A DNA stretch of 64,000 nucleotides. Source: Candidatus Marinacidobacterales bacterium (lineage in GTDB: Bacteria > Acidobacteriota > Vicinamibacteria > Marinacidobacterales > SMYC01). The notes beneath the pieces were generated by a model. That model was given only the letters and a program-made list of their open reading frames with translations, made no database searches and was not told the origin of the DNA. Made by a program: the position numbers and the translations under genes. The stretch is from NCBI GenBank assembly GCA_965237955.1, contig OZ250169.1:7232001-7296000 (forward strand), in the 5' to 3' direction. Below are positions 10,935 to 23,336 of the stretch, in pieces (the stretch's first letter is position 1; the number at the start of each line of letters is the position of its first letter).

Positions 10935-11549
10935 ATGGCAACGGCGGAGGGTTCCGACAGCATTACGGTGCAGATGGAGGATGCCAAGTTCGCCGCGCGA
11001 ATTCGGGCGGGCGAGCGTGAAGCCCTCCAAGCCGTAGTGCATGCCTACATGAGTCAGCTCCTGCGCGCCGCGCGGGGCGCGGGCTTGAGCCCCCATCGCG
11101 CCGAGGACGTGACCCAGGCCACGTTTGTGACTTTCATCGAGATCGCCCCCCGCTTCGAGGGAAGGTCCCATGTGCGCACTTTCTTGTTCGGCATCCTGTA
11201 CAAGAAGATTGCCGAGGCCCGCCGCGAACTCCAACGGAATCAACAATTTGACGCTATCGATGATGTCGTGGAACAACGGTTCAAGACCGACGGGAGCTGG
11301 CAGCGCCCACCGAGACCGATCGACCTCCAGCTCCACGATGCAGAAATTCGAGACGCGATCGACGGCTGTCTTGAGCACGTATCCACTCAGAAGAGAATGG
11401 CCTTTGTGCTTCGCGAAGTCGAAGGCCTCGCGACAGAAGAAATTTGTAAGATTCTGGAAGTGACGCGCACTAACCTAGGAGTGCTGCTATATCGTGTTCG
11501 CGACCACCTTCGGGAATGCCTGGAGGCAAAGGGTGTGAGAGAGCGTTAA
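10935..11549 (+). CDS. ECF RNA polymerase sigma factor
   Basis: AEDVTQATF, RFEGRSHVRTFLFGI (region 2). AFVLREVEGLATEEICKIL...VLLYR (region 4). Confidence 0.92.
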   Translation: MATAEGSDSITVQMEDAKFAARIRAGEREALQAVVHAYMSQLLRAARGAGLSPHRAEDVTQATFVTFIEIAPRFEGRSHVRTFLFGILYKKIAEARRELQRNQQFDAIDDVVEQRFKTDGSWQRPPRPIDLQLHDAEIRDAIDGCLEHVSTQKRMAFVLREVEGLATEEICKILEVTRTNLGVLLYRVRDHLRECLEAKGVRER

Positions 11550-11551
11550 TA

Positions 11552-11863
11552 ATGATGCTGAAATGCCGGGAGCTCACGCGCATGATTGCCAGCGACGAGC
11601 TACCCGAGGCCAGGTGGCCGGTGAGGATGGGAGGATGGCTTCACCTGCTAATGTGCCGGCACTGCCGCCGCTACGCAGCACAAATCCGCACCCTTGCCGC
11701 CGGAGCTCGGAGGTCTTGGGGACCGGAAGCCGAAGACTCAGCAAGGCTCGATCAGCTCGAGCGCAGAATCCTGGAGCGCTGTCTCGGTGAGTCGGAGAAC
11801 TCCATTTCGTCTGCCCGTGGACCGGGTACGCCTACGGATCCGGACGAGCCCCAGCGATCGTGA
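11552..11863 (+). CDS. Zinc-binding (zf-HC2/ZAS) anti-sigma factor
   Basis: MLKC...HLLMCRHC motif, 2 bp downstream of the sigma gene. Confidence 0.85.
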   Translation: MMLKCRELTRMIASDELPEARWPVRMGGWLHLLMCRHCRRYAAQIRTLAAGARRSWGPEAEDSARLDQLERRILERCLGESENSISSARGPGTPTDPDEPQRS

Positions 11864-12025
11864 TGCTCTCGCCGAAAATAAGGGCACAGCTCGCACGGCG
11901 TCATGCGCTTCTTGTGAACGAGGTCGAATCTGCTTCTGCGCCTCGTGTACGACACCCCGCCGTAAGCATCGGGTTCAACCGCGATGGCCGGATGCTCGGG
12001 AGGCTCAAACATGTACCGCTAGAGG

Positions 12026-14354
12026 TCATCTTTGTCCGGTCGTTGATCGCCGTTTCTTCTGCGCCTCTTCGATGGCTTCGAACATGGGAACGAGGTGGTC
12101 CATGTAGATGTGCTCCTCGCCCGAGAACTCCATGTACGGCTTGTCGTCTGTCAGCGCGGGGGCGTTCGCGGCCAGAATGCGCAGTCCTTCCCGCGTCGAG
12201 GATCAAGGTTTTGAGAACGTGTTCGGGTGTTGGGAACTCGAGTCGCTCCAAATCCTTCCGGACCTCCGGAATCTCGAACGCTCGCGCCAACGTTTCGGCG
12301 TTCAATCCGTGAGGGCCTTTGCTGCCCACGAGAAGGCCGGCGCCGTGAATCTCCCAAAGCGATGCGTGCGGAAACACTTCGATGAAAGTCTGGCTGATCA
12401 TCCGAACGTCTTCCAGAGACATCAAGTGAAACGGCAGCCACTGACAGATGACACCTTGTTCCGTGAGCCTCGTGCGAGCGGCTTCGTAGTATTCGCGTGT
12501 GTAGAAATTGATCATGCCCGAGAACTTGGGCGGCATGGGCTCGCTCGTGATCACGTCGTAGGTCTCGGCCGTCGCTTGAACGTGATTGCGCCCGTCTTCG
12601 ACGATTGCTCGGGTGCGTGGATCTAAGAGCACGTCGTGGTTGGATGTAGAGAAGTGAGGCGCGAGCCCATAGACCTCACCGCTGATGTCCACGATGTCGA
12701 GCTGCTCGATGGGGTGGAGCGTCGCGTCCCCAGCCGTACTACCGGTCCCGAAAGCTATGACCAGAACGCGCGTCGGATCATCGTGTAACAGCATTGGAAG
12801 ATGCGCCATCATCGGCATGTAGTGCGCGAGGCCCGAGTTCTCCGTCGCCATGAAGCCGTTGATATAGAGCTGCCGAACTCCGGAGTCTATGTGCTCGTAG
12901 ACGGCAAACGTCGCGTCCGCGGTCTCGCGATGATCGAGCAACTCCATTCCCAGGTCGGGATTCGCAAAGAGCCGGTCGTTAAGAAGGTCGGGGCGGTCGA
13001 TGGCTCTTAGCGTCATCACCGAAGCGAGCACAATCACAGCGGGCGCTGCGAACCAGGCTGCTTTTCGCGAAACGTAATATCCGAAAAGGGCGGCCACCGC
13101 GACATGCACGACGATCACCGTCAAATACGTTCGAGCGACTCCGACCGTCGGTATCAGCGCGAAGCTGAACACCAACGCGCCCACGGCGGAGGCCAACGCA
13201 TTGATCATGTACAGCGAACCGAGCGAGGCTCCCATCCGCGCCATGCGAAGGCTCAAGACTTGGATCGACAACGGAAACAACATGCCAGCGATCGTGGCTG
13301 GCACGAGCAAGAGCACGGCGGCCGTCAGGAACTTGGCTACCAGTAGGCCGGACGGGCCCAGGTGCGCGCGATACACATGGTGGAAGTCGACCAACTGCCC
13401 GAGGAGCGGCATCGTCAATAACAGAGCACCCGAAAAGGCGAGCTCTACGACCGCGAGTCGCTTCAACAAGGCGTGGCCCATGTCGGTATCGAGCGGGACA
13501 GCCCAGTGGGCGGCCAGAAAGCTTCCGAGCGCGAGCGCCAGCAGCACCGTGGCCAGAATGATCGCGAACGTCTGGCTCGTGCTCCAAAGCGCGTGTACGA
13601 GAGCACGGGTCCACAATACTTCGAGTCCGAGCACCGTAAATCCGGACAGCGCTGCGATCGACACCACGAGCTTCTCCGAGACGCTGAAGGATGGCAACGA
13701 CGCCTTCTCGGCCTCAGCGGCCGGCGTCAAAGGCTCGCGAACCAAGAAGCGGTCGATGGTGAAAAACGCCACCGCGAGGAGCATGTTCGCACCGGCGACC
13801 AAGCTGTTCGTGAAAGAGATCCCGAACTGCCCCAACAAGTAGATGCCGCCCGCAACGCTCCCGATCATGGCGCCCAGGGTGTTCATGCCATAGAGCCATC
13901 CGAAGTGCTGCCCGAACCTGTCGGGCACGCGCGCGGCGAAGCGCACCAAAACCGGCAGCGTCCCTCCGATGAGCGTGCAAGGAACGAGGAGAATCATCGA
14001 CGTGAAGGCGAGTCGCACGACGGGCAGCAGCCACCGCAGCTCCTCGGACGCGTAGACATGCGGGTAGACGGCGTTCAAGGAACGAAGCGCGACCGGCAAC
14101 AGGAGCGCCGAAACGGCAATCCCGAGCTCGATCGCGGCATAGAGGAGCAAGGGACGGCGGACGCGGTCGGCGATGCGGCCGAACAGCCACGCCCCGAACG
14201 CCAGGCCGAGCATGAAGCACGCGAGCACGGTTCCCACTGCCGACGTCGTCGCGCCGAACGAAAGCGTCAAAAGCCACAGCCACAGGACCTGGTACACGAG
14301 AGCCGTGGCGCCGGAGAGCAGGAAAAGAAGTAGCAGAAGCCCGCGGAATTTCAT
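12026..14354 (-). CDS. Membrane-fused spermidine synthase-like protein; +1 frameshift near 12190
   Basis: About 12 TM helices (SGATALVYQV, GTLPVL, LYGMNTLG) followed by a SAM-MTase domain (VIAFGTGST, EDGRN, YDVITSEP). The natural end LTDDKPYMEF...stop 12026 lies in the shifted frame. Confidence 0.85.
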
Positions 14355-14779
14355 CTCTAACGATGATACGACGCGGACCGAGGGCCGTCGAATCCTGGTG
14401 TCGACTAGAATCAGCGAGATTTGCCCCGAAGGGCATCCAACGGATGGATCCGTGTCGCCCGCCGCACCGGGACGTAGAGTGGTTCAATGCGAAACGGTCA
14501 TCTCCAATAGTGTGGTCAGTGCCCGCTACACGCCTGGGGAAGGGAATATCTGGTAGTTACTATTCTTTGAAGTTGGGAAAGCAGAAGAGAAAGGCACCTC
14601 CGTGAATTTTCTGCGGGTTCTGAGCGGCGGGCGAGGCTCGTCCAAGCCGGTCGGATGACGCGTCTGCCGGAGCGCGAAATTGCGGGTCAAGTAGCGAGAC
14701 CTGCGTGCCGCTGGCTACGTCCAAAAAAACACGCGATCGGCTCTTCATCACGAACACTGACGCGAGGTCCGCTGCTCTC

Positions 14780-14860
14780 GCATCCGATCTCGAGAATGCC
14801 ATGGACGCGGCCCGGCCGGTGCCGGTCCCTGCACCGGTGACCATGGCAACCTTTGAGTGG
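14780..14860 (-). pseudogene. SDR oxidoreductase N-terminal remnant
   Basis: SKVAMVTGAGTGTGRAASMAF Rossmann motif with no rest of the domain. Confidence 0.5.
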
Positions 14861-14914
14861 GCGCTCACGTTAAGCTGTCCGGGTGACGGCGCTACGGCAC
14901 CACTCCGGGTTCGG

Positions 14915-16810
14915 CTACGACCCGATGAAGTCGACGGCGACGAGCCGCCCATATCGCTCGGCGGCCCCGTCCTGCACGGGCGCGGGAATATAGCGAACCA
15001 CCACGAGCTCATCGAGGGGCCCACAGTAAAAGTCCCGCGTACCCACACGCTCTCCGTTCTCAAGTATCTCGACCCGGGCCAGATCGACGATGTCCAGAGC
15101 GTATACGAGATCGCCGGCGTCGACGATGAAGCGGTGCCCCTCGGTGCAGTCGAACCGAACCAGCTTGCCGCGAACTTCGACGTTCTCGGTGCTTGGAACT
15201 ATATCGCCTACAGGGGTCCGGGTGACATCCGCCACCTCGTCGGCCGTTGCGGCAGACGCGCTCTCGTCGACTCCGGCCACAGCTTCGCCCTCGGCAGCTC
15301 GCGCCGCGGCCGCGGCCTGCTGGGCCTCGAGCTTCAGCTTTGCGTCGGCATAGTCGTACTGCCGGCGCACGGAGGCATTGAATCCCGGATCGAGCTCGCG
15401 GTCGAGAAGCTTCTGATAGATCGCACGCGCGGTGGCGTAGTTACCGTCTTTGGCGTAGAGCTGACCCACCACGAACACGAGCGATGGATTGCCCGGATCT
15501 CTCTCCAAAGCATCCGTGGCGACCTGGAGCCCCTCTTCGCGCTTCTCGGCGTGGAACAACGCCAGGAAGCCGAAGAGCCGAGCCGCGTCCGTAAGCTCCG
15601 GGGCTTCGCGTATCACGAGCCGCAAGGAATCCATGACGGGAACCGTCGTCTCTTCCCTCAGCTTTGACGCGGTTCCGCCGTGCGAGCTCACAAACAGCTG
15701 CGCGTGCCGCAAATGGACGTGGGGATTGGTCGAGCCATTTCGGATGGCCCGCTCGAGGAAGCTCGTAGCCTCAGCTGATTTCCCCTGCCGGTCGCGGAGA
15801 ATCGCCATGGCTTTGTAGGCGGTCACCTGATCCGGATTCGCTTCAATAGAGTTCGCCAGGCTCGTTTCAGCCTCGTCGTAGTAACGCGCCGCCATGAAGA
15901 GTTGTCCCATGTGGGCCTCGGCGGCGTCGTCGTCCAGCTTCGTGATCCGAAAGTCCTTGTCCATTTCGAGCGGAGGAAGATCTAGTTTGAGGTATCGGGT
16001 GATGCGTTTCCTGATGTAGACAGCGACGTCCCTATCGATCTCGTCGAGCGTCTTGCCCATCGCTTCTTGAAAGGCGAGGAGGGGCTCCCCGCCTTGGCGA
16101 AGCATGTGCAGGTACTGGCCCAGACGCTGGGGACCGTTTTCTCGAAGCTGTCCGATCAAGAGGTAGTGCACGAGCGCCCAGGACTGCGCATCGAACAGCG
16201 AACGCTTGCTCAAGTCACGGTAGTAGTCGGACGAATGGTCTACCGCGAAGAGTTCACGGATTGGCACCCTGCGGAACTCGCCCATAACACGCCGGTACTC
16301 GTCGCGCATCTTGCCGATATTCGCCCGCTTGTTCGTGATTTCCGTATTGCCGTAGAAACGCGAGAGGCCGTTACTGAGCCAAACCGGGTAGTCCGCCTCG
16401 TTGTAGCTTCCGAGAAGATGCATGTAGTGGCCGAACGCCATCTGCCGCGCCGCTTTCGAAGATCCGTCGCCCCGCAGAAGCACGATGTCCCGGAGCGGGG
16501 TCGGGCGGTACATCCCGGCCCACTCCTCGCGCTCGCCCTCGGCCGTCGGCTGAAACGGACGCATCGATTTCTCGTTCTTGAAGAGGTAGAAGACGGCCGG
16601 CTTGGCGCTAGCCACCCGCTGCGCCGGAAAGATCTCGGTGATGAGACGCCTGAGCTGCTCGAGGTCTTCTAGAATCGCTTTGGCGCGCCCTTCTCGACCG
16701 TTGCTGACCACCGTGAAATGCTCGGATATCGCCTCGAACCATTTGTCCTTCGCCTCGGCGGTGACGCCAAGCGCCAAAATGAGGAAGAGTGTTGCCAGGA
16801 ACGGACGCAT
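14915..16810 (-). CDS. Exported DUF1570-like/TPR-repeat protein
   Basis: Signal peptide. SEHFTVVSN...PVWLSNGLSRFY...AQSWALVHYL gluzincin-like domain with degenerate HExxH. TPR-like helices follow. Confidence 0.75.
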   Translation of the reverse strand: MRPFLATLFLILALGVTAEAKDKWFEAISEHFTVVSNGREGRAKAILEDLEQLRRLITEIFPAQRVASAKPAVFYLFKNEKSMRPFQPTAEGEREEWAGMYRPTPLRDIVLLRGDGSSKAARQMAFGHYMHLLGSYNEADYPVWLSNGLSRFYGNTEITNKRANIGKMRDEYRRVMGEFRRVPIRELFAVDHSSDYYRDLSKRSLFDAQSWALVHYLLIGQLRENGPQRLGQYLHMLRQGGEPLLAFQEAMGKTLDEIDRDVAVYIRKRITRYLKLDLPPLEMDKDFRITKLDDDAAEAHMGQLFMAARYYDEAETSLANSIEANPDQVTAYKAMAILRDRQGKSAEATSFLERAIRNGSTNPHVHLRHAQLFVSSHGGTASKLREETTVPVMDSLRLVIREAPELTDAARLFGFLALFHAEKREEGLQVATDALERDPGNPSLVFVVGQLYAKDGNYATARAIYQKLLDRELDPGFNASVRRQYDYADAKLKLEAQQAAAAARAAEGEAVAGVDESASAATADEVADVTRTPVGDIVPSTENVEVRGKLVRFDCTEGHRFIVDAGDLVYALDIVDLARVEILENGERVGTRDFYCGPLDELVVVRYIPAPVQDGAAERYGRLVAVDFIGS

Positions 16811-17103
16811 GGTGCCTCCTTGGGGGGCTGACCCATTATGCCTAGACGGACTCCACTGTCAATTGCCTTCAGCGTCGATTCGCTCGAGTCCGACTGGCCG
16901 CGCGGTCAAGCGTCCATCGGAATGCAGTACATCATTGCAGGCTCGCTTGTCTCTTGGAAGTCGCATCCACTCCAGCGGCTCTGGGCTCCGATGGCTCGCC
17001 GCTGGCGAAAACCGATAGTTCCCGATCGGGGTGTTCGCGCTTGCAGGTCCTGACAGGGCTTATATAAGTCGTTCGGTCGAGTTTCGGCACATTACGCGGT
17101 TCG

Positions 17104-18549
17104 TCAAGTCTCGAGAGCCTCCCAGCCGCCGCCGAGAGATTTGTACAGCCGGATGAGACGGGTGCGGACCTCGGTCTCGCTGAGCGTCATCTGATCGTCT
17201 ACCTCGCGCAATCGCCGCTCGGCATCGAGCACGGTGAGGAAGTCCGCGAGGCCCAGACGATAGAGTGAGCGCGCGATCCCCGCGGCACGCTCGGCGTCCA
17301 CGCGTGCCTCCATGAGCCGGTCGAGCACGTTCTTCTCCTCGACGTAGCCCACGAGCGCCCCTTCGACGTCTTCGACCGCCACGAGCACTGCTTGCTCGTA
17401 TCGGGCGAGGGCCGCGTCGGATCGGGCATCGGTGGCTTCGATCTGTGCCCGAATCTCACCGCGCCGAAAGATCGGCCACTGGAAGAAGGCGCCCAGAAGC
17501 CCGGTGCCGCTCGACAGGCCAAAGAGATCCGATGGGGAGGTACTCTCGAGCCCGATGACACCGCGGACAAAGAAGCGTGGATAGAGCTCCGCGGTCGCAA
17601 CACCGATATCGAATCTAGCCGCGGCTAACTCGCGCTCGGCCCTTCTCAGGTCGGGGCGCCTCAACAGAAGCTCGGGTGCATGGCCCATCGGAACCTCTGT
17701 CGGAAAAGGCGGCAGGGGCGCAGGCACGAGAAGCTCGTCCAGAACATCGGCGGGCAGACGAGCGGTGAGCACGGCGAGCCGGTAGGCGCTTCGACGGATA
17801 GCGGCACGCACGCGTGGAACGCTGGCCTCGGTCGTCCTCAGCTGCGAGCGGGCCTGGGAGACTTCGAGCTCGCTGGCGAATCCCGTCGTTCTCTGGTCTT
17901 CCACGAACTCCAGGGTCTCGGACTGGATACGAACGTTGTCCTCGGCCACACCAAGGCGCCGTTGCGCTCCTCGAAGCTCGATGTAGCTGAGCGCGACTTC
18001 GGAGACCACCAAGAGCTGCACGTCGCGGCGGCTCTCGATCGCGGCGCCGAGCCGTGCGCTCGCGGCGTCCACGGCGCTTCGCGTCGCTCCGAAGACATCG
18101 ATCTCCCAGGAGGCGTCGACGTTGAGATTGACGAGATTGTCTTCCAGGCTTCCGAACCCTTCGCGGACCAGCGCGGGGCCCGGGCCGAAACCATTCTCGC
18201 TGGCGCGAAGACGTGCGGCGCCACCACCGGCCTCGACGTCGGGGTAGTGACCGCCGGCGGCCGAGCGCCGAAGGGCGCGTGCCTCGCGCACGCGGGCCAC
18301 GGCGATACGGATGTCATGGTTCTGGTTGACGGCGCGCTCGACGTACGACACGAGGGTCGGGTCCTCGAGCGTTTTCCACCACTCGAGAATCGGGGGCCCG
18401 CTCGACGAGGCCACAGGCTCGATCCAGCTCGAGGCCATCACAACGTCGGGCGTGACGATCTCGGGACCCACGGAGCAGCCTGCCACCGCTATCATTATTA
18501 ATAGCAACGCGATCCACATACGACGCATGGATTTCCTCCTATCTGTCAT
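17104..18549 (-). CDS. RND efflux outer-membrane lipoprotein (NodT/TolC family)
   Basis: Lipobox VAGC. ASWEIDVFG, LLRRPDLRRAE, LYKSLGGGW. Confidence 0.92.
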   Translation of the reverse strand: MTDRRKSMRRMWIALLLIMIAVAGCSVGPEIVTPDVVMASSWIEPVASSSGPPILEWWKTLEDPTLVSYVERAVNQNHDIRIAVARVREARALRRSAAGGHYPDVEAGGGAARLRASENGFGPGPALVREGFGSLEDNLVNLNVDASWEIDVFGATRSAVDAASARLGAAIESRRDVQLLVVSEVALSYIELRGAQRRLGVAEDNVRIQSETLEFVEDQRTTGFASELEVSQARSQLRTTEASVPRVRAAIRRSAYRLAVLTARLPADVLDELLVPAPLPPFPTEVPMGHAPELLLRRPDLRRAERELAAARFDIGVATAELYPRFFVRGVIGLESTSPSDLFGLSSGTGLLGAFFQWPIFRRGEIRAQIEATDARSDAALARYEQAVLVAVEDVEGALVGYVEEKNVLDRLMEARVDAERAAGIARSLYRLGLADFLTVLDAERRLREVDDQMTLSETEVRTRLIRLYKSLGGGWEALET

Positions 18550-21500
18550 GATTCGACGCTCTTCGCGGAAAAGAGCGGCCCGAGGCGGCGCGCCTCGGTG
18601 AGCCAGCGGAAACTGAAGCTCGGCGTCATCGTAAGCCGGTAAGCGGCGGGCACGAAGACCACCGCGAGGATGGTCGCTCCGGACACGCCTCCCGCCAGCA
18701 CGATCGCGAGCGGCGGCCAGAAGTCACCGCCGACGAAAATGAGAAGGGGCAGGAAGCCGCCCACCGTCGTCAACGTCGTCGAGATGACATGGCGCAGCGT
18801 TCCCATCACCTCATCGGCCGTCGCCTCCACCTCGCCCCGGCGGGCGGCGGGGTTCGCTCGAATGGCGGCGAGAACCACGATGCTGTCGTTGAGCGCGACG
18901 CCGATGAGCCCGAGCGTTCCCAGTATCGTCGTGAAGCTCACGGGAAAGCCGTAGGCCCAGGTAGCGACAAGAGCGAGTCCGATGGACTGGATGGCCACGA
19001 CTCCGAGCACGCCTGCCAGGCGAACGCTCGAAAACGTCAGAATGATCGTTGCGATCATGAGGATGAGGAGCACGGGGAGATAGATCATCAGGCTGCCTAT
19101 GGCTTTGTTCTCGTCCTCCGCATCGCCGCCGAATGAGAGCCGATACCCGGAGGGCAGTAGAAACCCCGCTTCTTCGAGCTGAGCAAGCACGTCATCGGTC
19201 ATATCGATGGCCAGGGCATCGTTTCGCGTATAGCCGTAGATCAGGTTGGCACGGAGGCCGTCGTGGCGAGTGATCGCGGATACCTCCGGACGAAGCACGA
19301 GCTCGCCGAGAATCGAGAGCGGCGTCCAGCCCGGGCGAGAGGCAGCCGTCAGCTGCGTCGAGCGAATGTCGAAGAGGTCGCTCCGGTGCTCGTCCTCGAA
19401 GCGGATCCGAACGTCGAGCTCCTCCAAGTCCTCGATGACGGAGCCCCCGAGTGTACCTTCGAGGCCTCCTTGAAGCTGGGTAGCGATATCCGAGAGGGTC
19501 AGGCCCGCGAGCCGCGCCTCGTCCTCGTCCGCGTCGAGCCATAGCTTGGGCTCACCCCGCCCCATCGTCGCCTGGGTATGCAGCACGCCCGGATGCTCGG
19601 CAAGGCGCAGACGGAGCTCATCGCCGAGATCTTGCAAGGTCTCGATGCTGGGACCGTAGAGTCGAAACTCCACGTCGGCCTCGACGGGTGGTCCCTGGGC
19701 AAACTGGCTCACCACAATCTGCGCTCCGGGAAAGGCTTCGTCGAGGCGCCGCTGGATTTGCGGGATGAGCCGTTTCACTTCGTCATTCGAGTGGGGCGAG
19801 CGGACGGTGACGACTGCCTGCGCGTGGTGGCGCGCGTCATCCTGATTCATGACGGCGTTGTAGTAGACCGAGGGGAAGCTTCCACCGATGAGCCAGTCCA
19901 CACGACGGATGGCCGGGTCTTCGCGTAGCAGGGCTTCGATCGCTTCGACTTCGCTCCGGGTGCGCTCAATGGAAGCTTCCGTCGGGAGCCACAGCTTCAG
20001 GTCGAACATGTCGCGATCGACGGGCGGGAAGAACTGGCTTCCGAGACTTCGTGACGCGACAAAGCCGGCTACGGGCAGCAAGGAGGCGAGGGCAAGCATC
20101 ACGATGGGGACGCGCAAACCCCGGACGAGTCCGCGCCGGGTCACTCGCGCGAACCGCTCGTTGCTGACACCGCTCCTCCACCAAGCACGCTTTTTGGCCG
20201 CGGGCCGCGCTTCGGCGAGCCACCCGGCGAGGGCGGGGATGATGGTCATCGCGAGCGCGAAAGATGCGATCAGAGCAAGGATGACGCTTCCTCCGATGGA
20301 GCCCACGAAGTCCCCGACACTCCCCGGCATGAGCACGATGGGCGCGAAAGCGAGCACCGTGGTGACCGTGGAAGCCGCGAGCGGGACGAAGAGATGATGC
20401 ACTGACGCGGAGACCGCCTCCGCCGGAGTGTCTCCTCGTTCGAGGTGCTTTCTCACCTCATCGACGACGACGATGGCGTTATCGATGAGAAGGCCGAGCG
20501 CCACGACCATTCCGAAGATCGAGATCTGATGGAGCGCCCCGCCGCTGAAGGCAGTGCCGAACAGCACGATCGCCGCGGTCAGGGGAAGCGCGGAAGCGAC
20601 GACGACGGAGGAGCGCCATCCCATAACGAAGAAGATGACGACGACTACCACCAGCGCTCCTGCGAGAAGATTCATAGCCAGCTCTCGGAGACGCTCGTTG
20701 GTGTAGCGTGTCTGATCGAATACGACCTCGATCGCCACTCCGTCGCCCACTCCGGCGGCGAATGAGTCCACGATTTCGAGAGACTCCTCGGCCCATTCGT
20801 CGACGCGCCGGTGCGCCTGGACTTTCGCTCCCACGTACACCGCGCGGCGTCCGTCCGCGAGCCCGATCTCTCGGGGCGGAGACTGCCAGTCGCGCTCGGC
20901 ACGAGCGATGTCGCTCAGTCGCAGCAGGGTCCCGTCGGTCCCTTGGCGCAAGGGGATGCTCCCGATCCGGGAAAGGAGTCGAGCTCTCCGGCGACTTCGA
21001 GAATCAAGTCGTCGCGACCGCTTCGTAGCATGCCCGCGGGGACCTTGGAGTCCGCCGCGCGGATGCTCGCCGCGAGATCCGAAGGCGTCATCCCGAGAGC
21101 GGCGAGCTCCTTGGGGTCGACGGTGACGGTTATCTCCTCGCGGGGAGCGCCGAAGAGACGGACGACCTGAGTGCCGGGGGTCGTGCGAAGCTGATCGGCG
21201 AGCTCTTCGGCGAGACGGTTCAGGATCCCGAGCTTGGGCTCTGCGGTGTGCTCCCAGATGACGCCTACGATCAGCGAGTAGGCCACCGGCCCTCTCTGGT
21301 CGTCGAGAAACGGAGTGGCGGCTTCGTCAGGTAATTCGGGCTCGGCTTCGGCAAGCTTGTCGCGAATGAGGGAGAAGACCTTCTGGCTCTCGTAAACCCG
21401 GTCGGCGAGCTCGACGGCGATGATCGAGACGCCGGCACGGGATGTCGATCGCATCTCCTGTATCTCCGGCACCTCTTGAAGTCGCTCCTCGAGCTTCTCG

Positions 21501-21691
21501 GTGACGAGGGCTTCGACTCGCTCGGCGGAGGCGCCGGGGACAAGGGTTACGATCAACGGGTTGCGGTTCACGATGCGCGGATCCTCGAGCCGGGGCATGG
21601 AGACGAGCGCGGAGAGGCCAGCGACGAAAATCACGAGCACCGAGAGGACGAGCAGGTATTTGTTTTTCAAGAAGAGGGTGGCTGAGGTCAT
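18546..21691 (-). CDS. RND efflux permease (AcrB family); frameshift near 20970
   Basis: ORFs 20915-21691 and 18546-20951 are consecutive parts. ALGLLIDNAIVVVD, GVALNDSIV, STTLTTVGGFLPL. Confidence 0.9.
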
Positions 21692-22836
21692 CGGTCCGAC
21701 TCCCCGCCGAGCGCCACGCGCTGGTTCGGGACCAGGCGTTGAAGACCCTCGGTGACGACGAGCTCGCCGCTGGTCAGAGTTCCGCGGACGAAGACGCTGT
21801 CTCCGTCAACGTGCAGCAGCTCGAGCTCACGGCGTTTCAGGATGTGCGTGGAGGGCCCGCTGGATTCGAGGTGTGCGGCAACGTAAGTCGCCCAGAGACC
21901 ACGGGAGCTTTCGGTCAGAGCGCTACGAGGCAGCCAGAAGCCGCTCTTTTCGATCGCCTGGGAGAGCTCCAGTTCGACGAGGTCGCCGTGCCGGAGAGCG
22001 TTCTCCTTCGTCGAAAGTGTCAGGACGACGTCGACCGTGCGCGTCTCGCGATTGCGTGCCGGGAGGAGGGCTCTGACCGTTGCGGAAAGCTCGCGACCAT
22101 CCGCGCGCACGACGCGCTCGTCACCGATCTTCAACGATTTCGCGAGCTCAGAACTGATGCCGACCCGGACCTCGGGACGTCCCATCTCGAGAATCCGAAA
22201 CAACGGCTCGCCTGCCGAGACCACGGCGCCCTCGTCGACGAAGCGCCTGGCGACGACGCCCGAGAAAGGCGCGCGCAGGCGCGACTTCGCGATATCGACA
22301 TCGACGCTCGCGATTTGCGCTGCCACCCTGCGCACCACGGCCTCCTCGGCCGCGTAACCACGATCGGCCTCGTCCCACTGCTGGGTGGAGACGGCGTTCA
22401 ACTCGAGAGCTTCGAGCGTGCGCTCGCGTGTGCTCGCCATCAAGGAGAGCCGTGCCTCCGCTTCGCGAAGGCGCGCCTAGAGCTCCGCCCGTTTCGCTCC
22501 GAGGCGTAGCGTGTCGACCCGCGCCAGGATCTGCCCTTTCGCTACGCGGTCACCTTCGTCGACGAGGATGCTGAGCACAGCGCCACCGAGCTCGAATCCC
22601 ATGTCGGTGCTGCGGCGCGCTTCGATGCGGCCCACGAAGGATCGGCGCACCACGTAGCTCGCCTGCTCCTGGACCGCCTGCGTCGCGACGACGAGCACTC
22701 GCGCTGGCACCGGGTCAATATCAGCCACATCCGTGCGAACGGTGTCACCTTTGGCAAGCGCCACCAGGACGCTCCCCACGGCGACCGCGAAAAGCCCGCT
22801 CACGCCAAGCTTCCCTTTCCTGCCTTTGGTTTTCAT
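21688..22836 (-). pseudogene. RND membrane-fusion protein with in-frame TAG at 22477-22479
   Basis: LVDEGDRVAKGQILA...KRAEL*ARLREAEA...LRAPFSGVV...VDEGAVV. Both halves are in the same frame. Confidence 0.85.
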
Positions 22837-22854
22837 CGGTTGGCCTCCATTCAA

Positions 22855-22864
22855 TGTATATACA
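22855..22864. promoter_or_regulatory. Putative MarR operator upstream of the efflux operon
   Basis: Palindrome TGTATATACA, matching the core of the palindrome at the marR promoter. Confidence 0.65.
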
Positions 22865-22882
22865 ACCAAAACGTCAAAAAAA

Positions 22883-23329
22883 TTACTGTGTCGGCAGATA
22901 GCGGTTAGCCACCGCCTTCAGCGTGGCCGCACCCTCGTCACCGAGAACCCCGACCGCCGCTTGCTGTGCTTTGCGCCATGACGGCAGGGCCTCCTCCAGA
23001 AGCTTCCTCCCTTTGGCGGTGATGGCGACGGTGTGGCTCCTTTCGTCCTCCCCGGGAAGCGTGCGCACCCAGCCGCGCTTTTTCATGAGTGAGAGGTTGC
23101 GGCTAAGCGTCGATTTCTCGATATGGAGATATTCCGCGAGCTGTGCCTGTTTGACAGGCCCCACCTGGTGAATCGCCGTCAGCATGTTGGCCTGGCTGGT
23201 GGTGATGCCGAGGGGCCTGAGGGCATCGTCATAAATGCTTGTGATGATGCGGTTTAGCATCCTGATCCGCACGGCGAGGCAGTTTCGCCCGATCTCGCGC
23301 CCAGCCCGACTTTCTGTGTTCTCGACCAT
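22883..23329 (-). CDS. MarR-family transcriptional regulator
   Basis: CLAVRIRMLNR...YDDALRPLGIT..Q...LAEYLHIEKSTLSRNL...DERS...T.KG winged helix. Confidence 0.92.
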   Translation of the reverse strand: MVENTESRAGREIGRNCLAVRIRMLNRIITSIYDDALRPLGITTSQANMLTAIHQVGPVKQAQLAEYLHIEKSTLSRNLSLMKKRGWVRTLPGEDERSHTVAITAKGRKLLEEALPSWRKAQQAAVGVLGDEGAATLKAVANRYLPTQ

Positions 23330-23336
23330 AGATTAT

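Noticed and set aside
11901-12190. C-terminal extension of the 817-aa spermidine-synthase ORF
   Set aside because: Results from a frameshift. The natural end is at 12026 in another frame.
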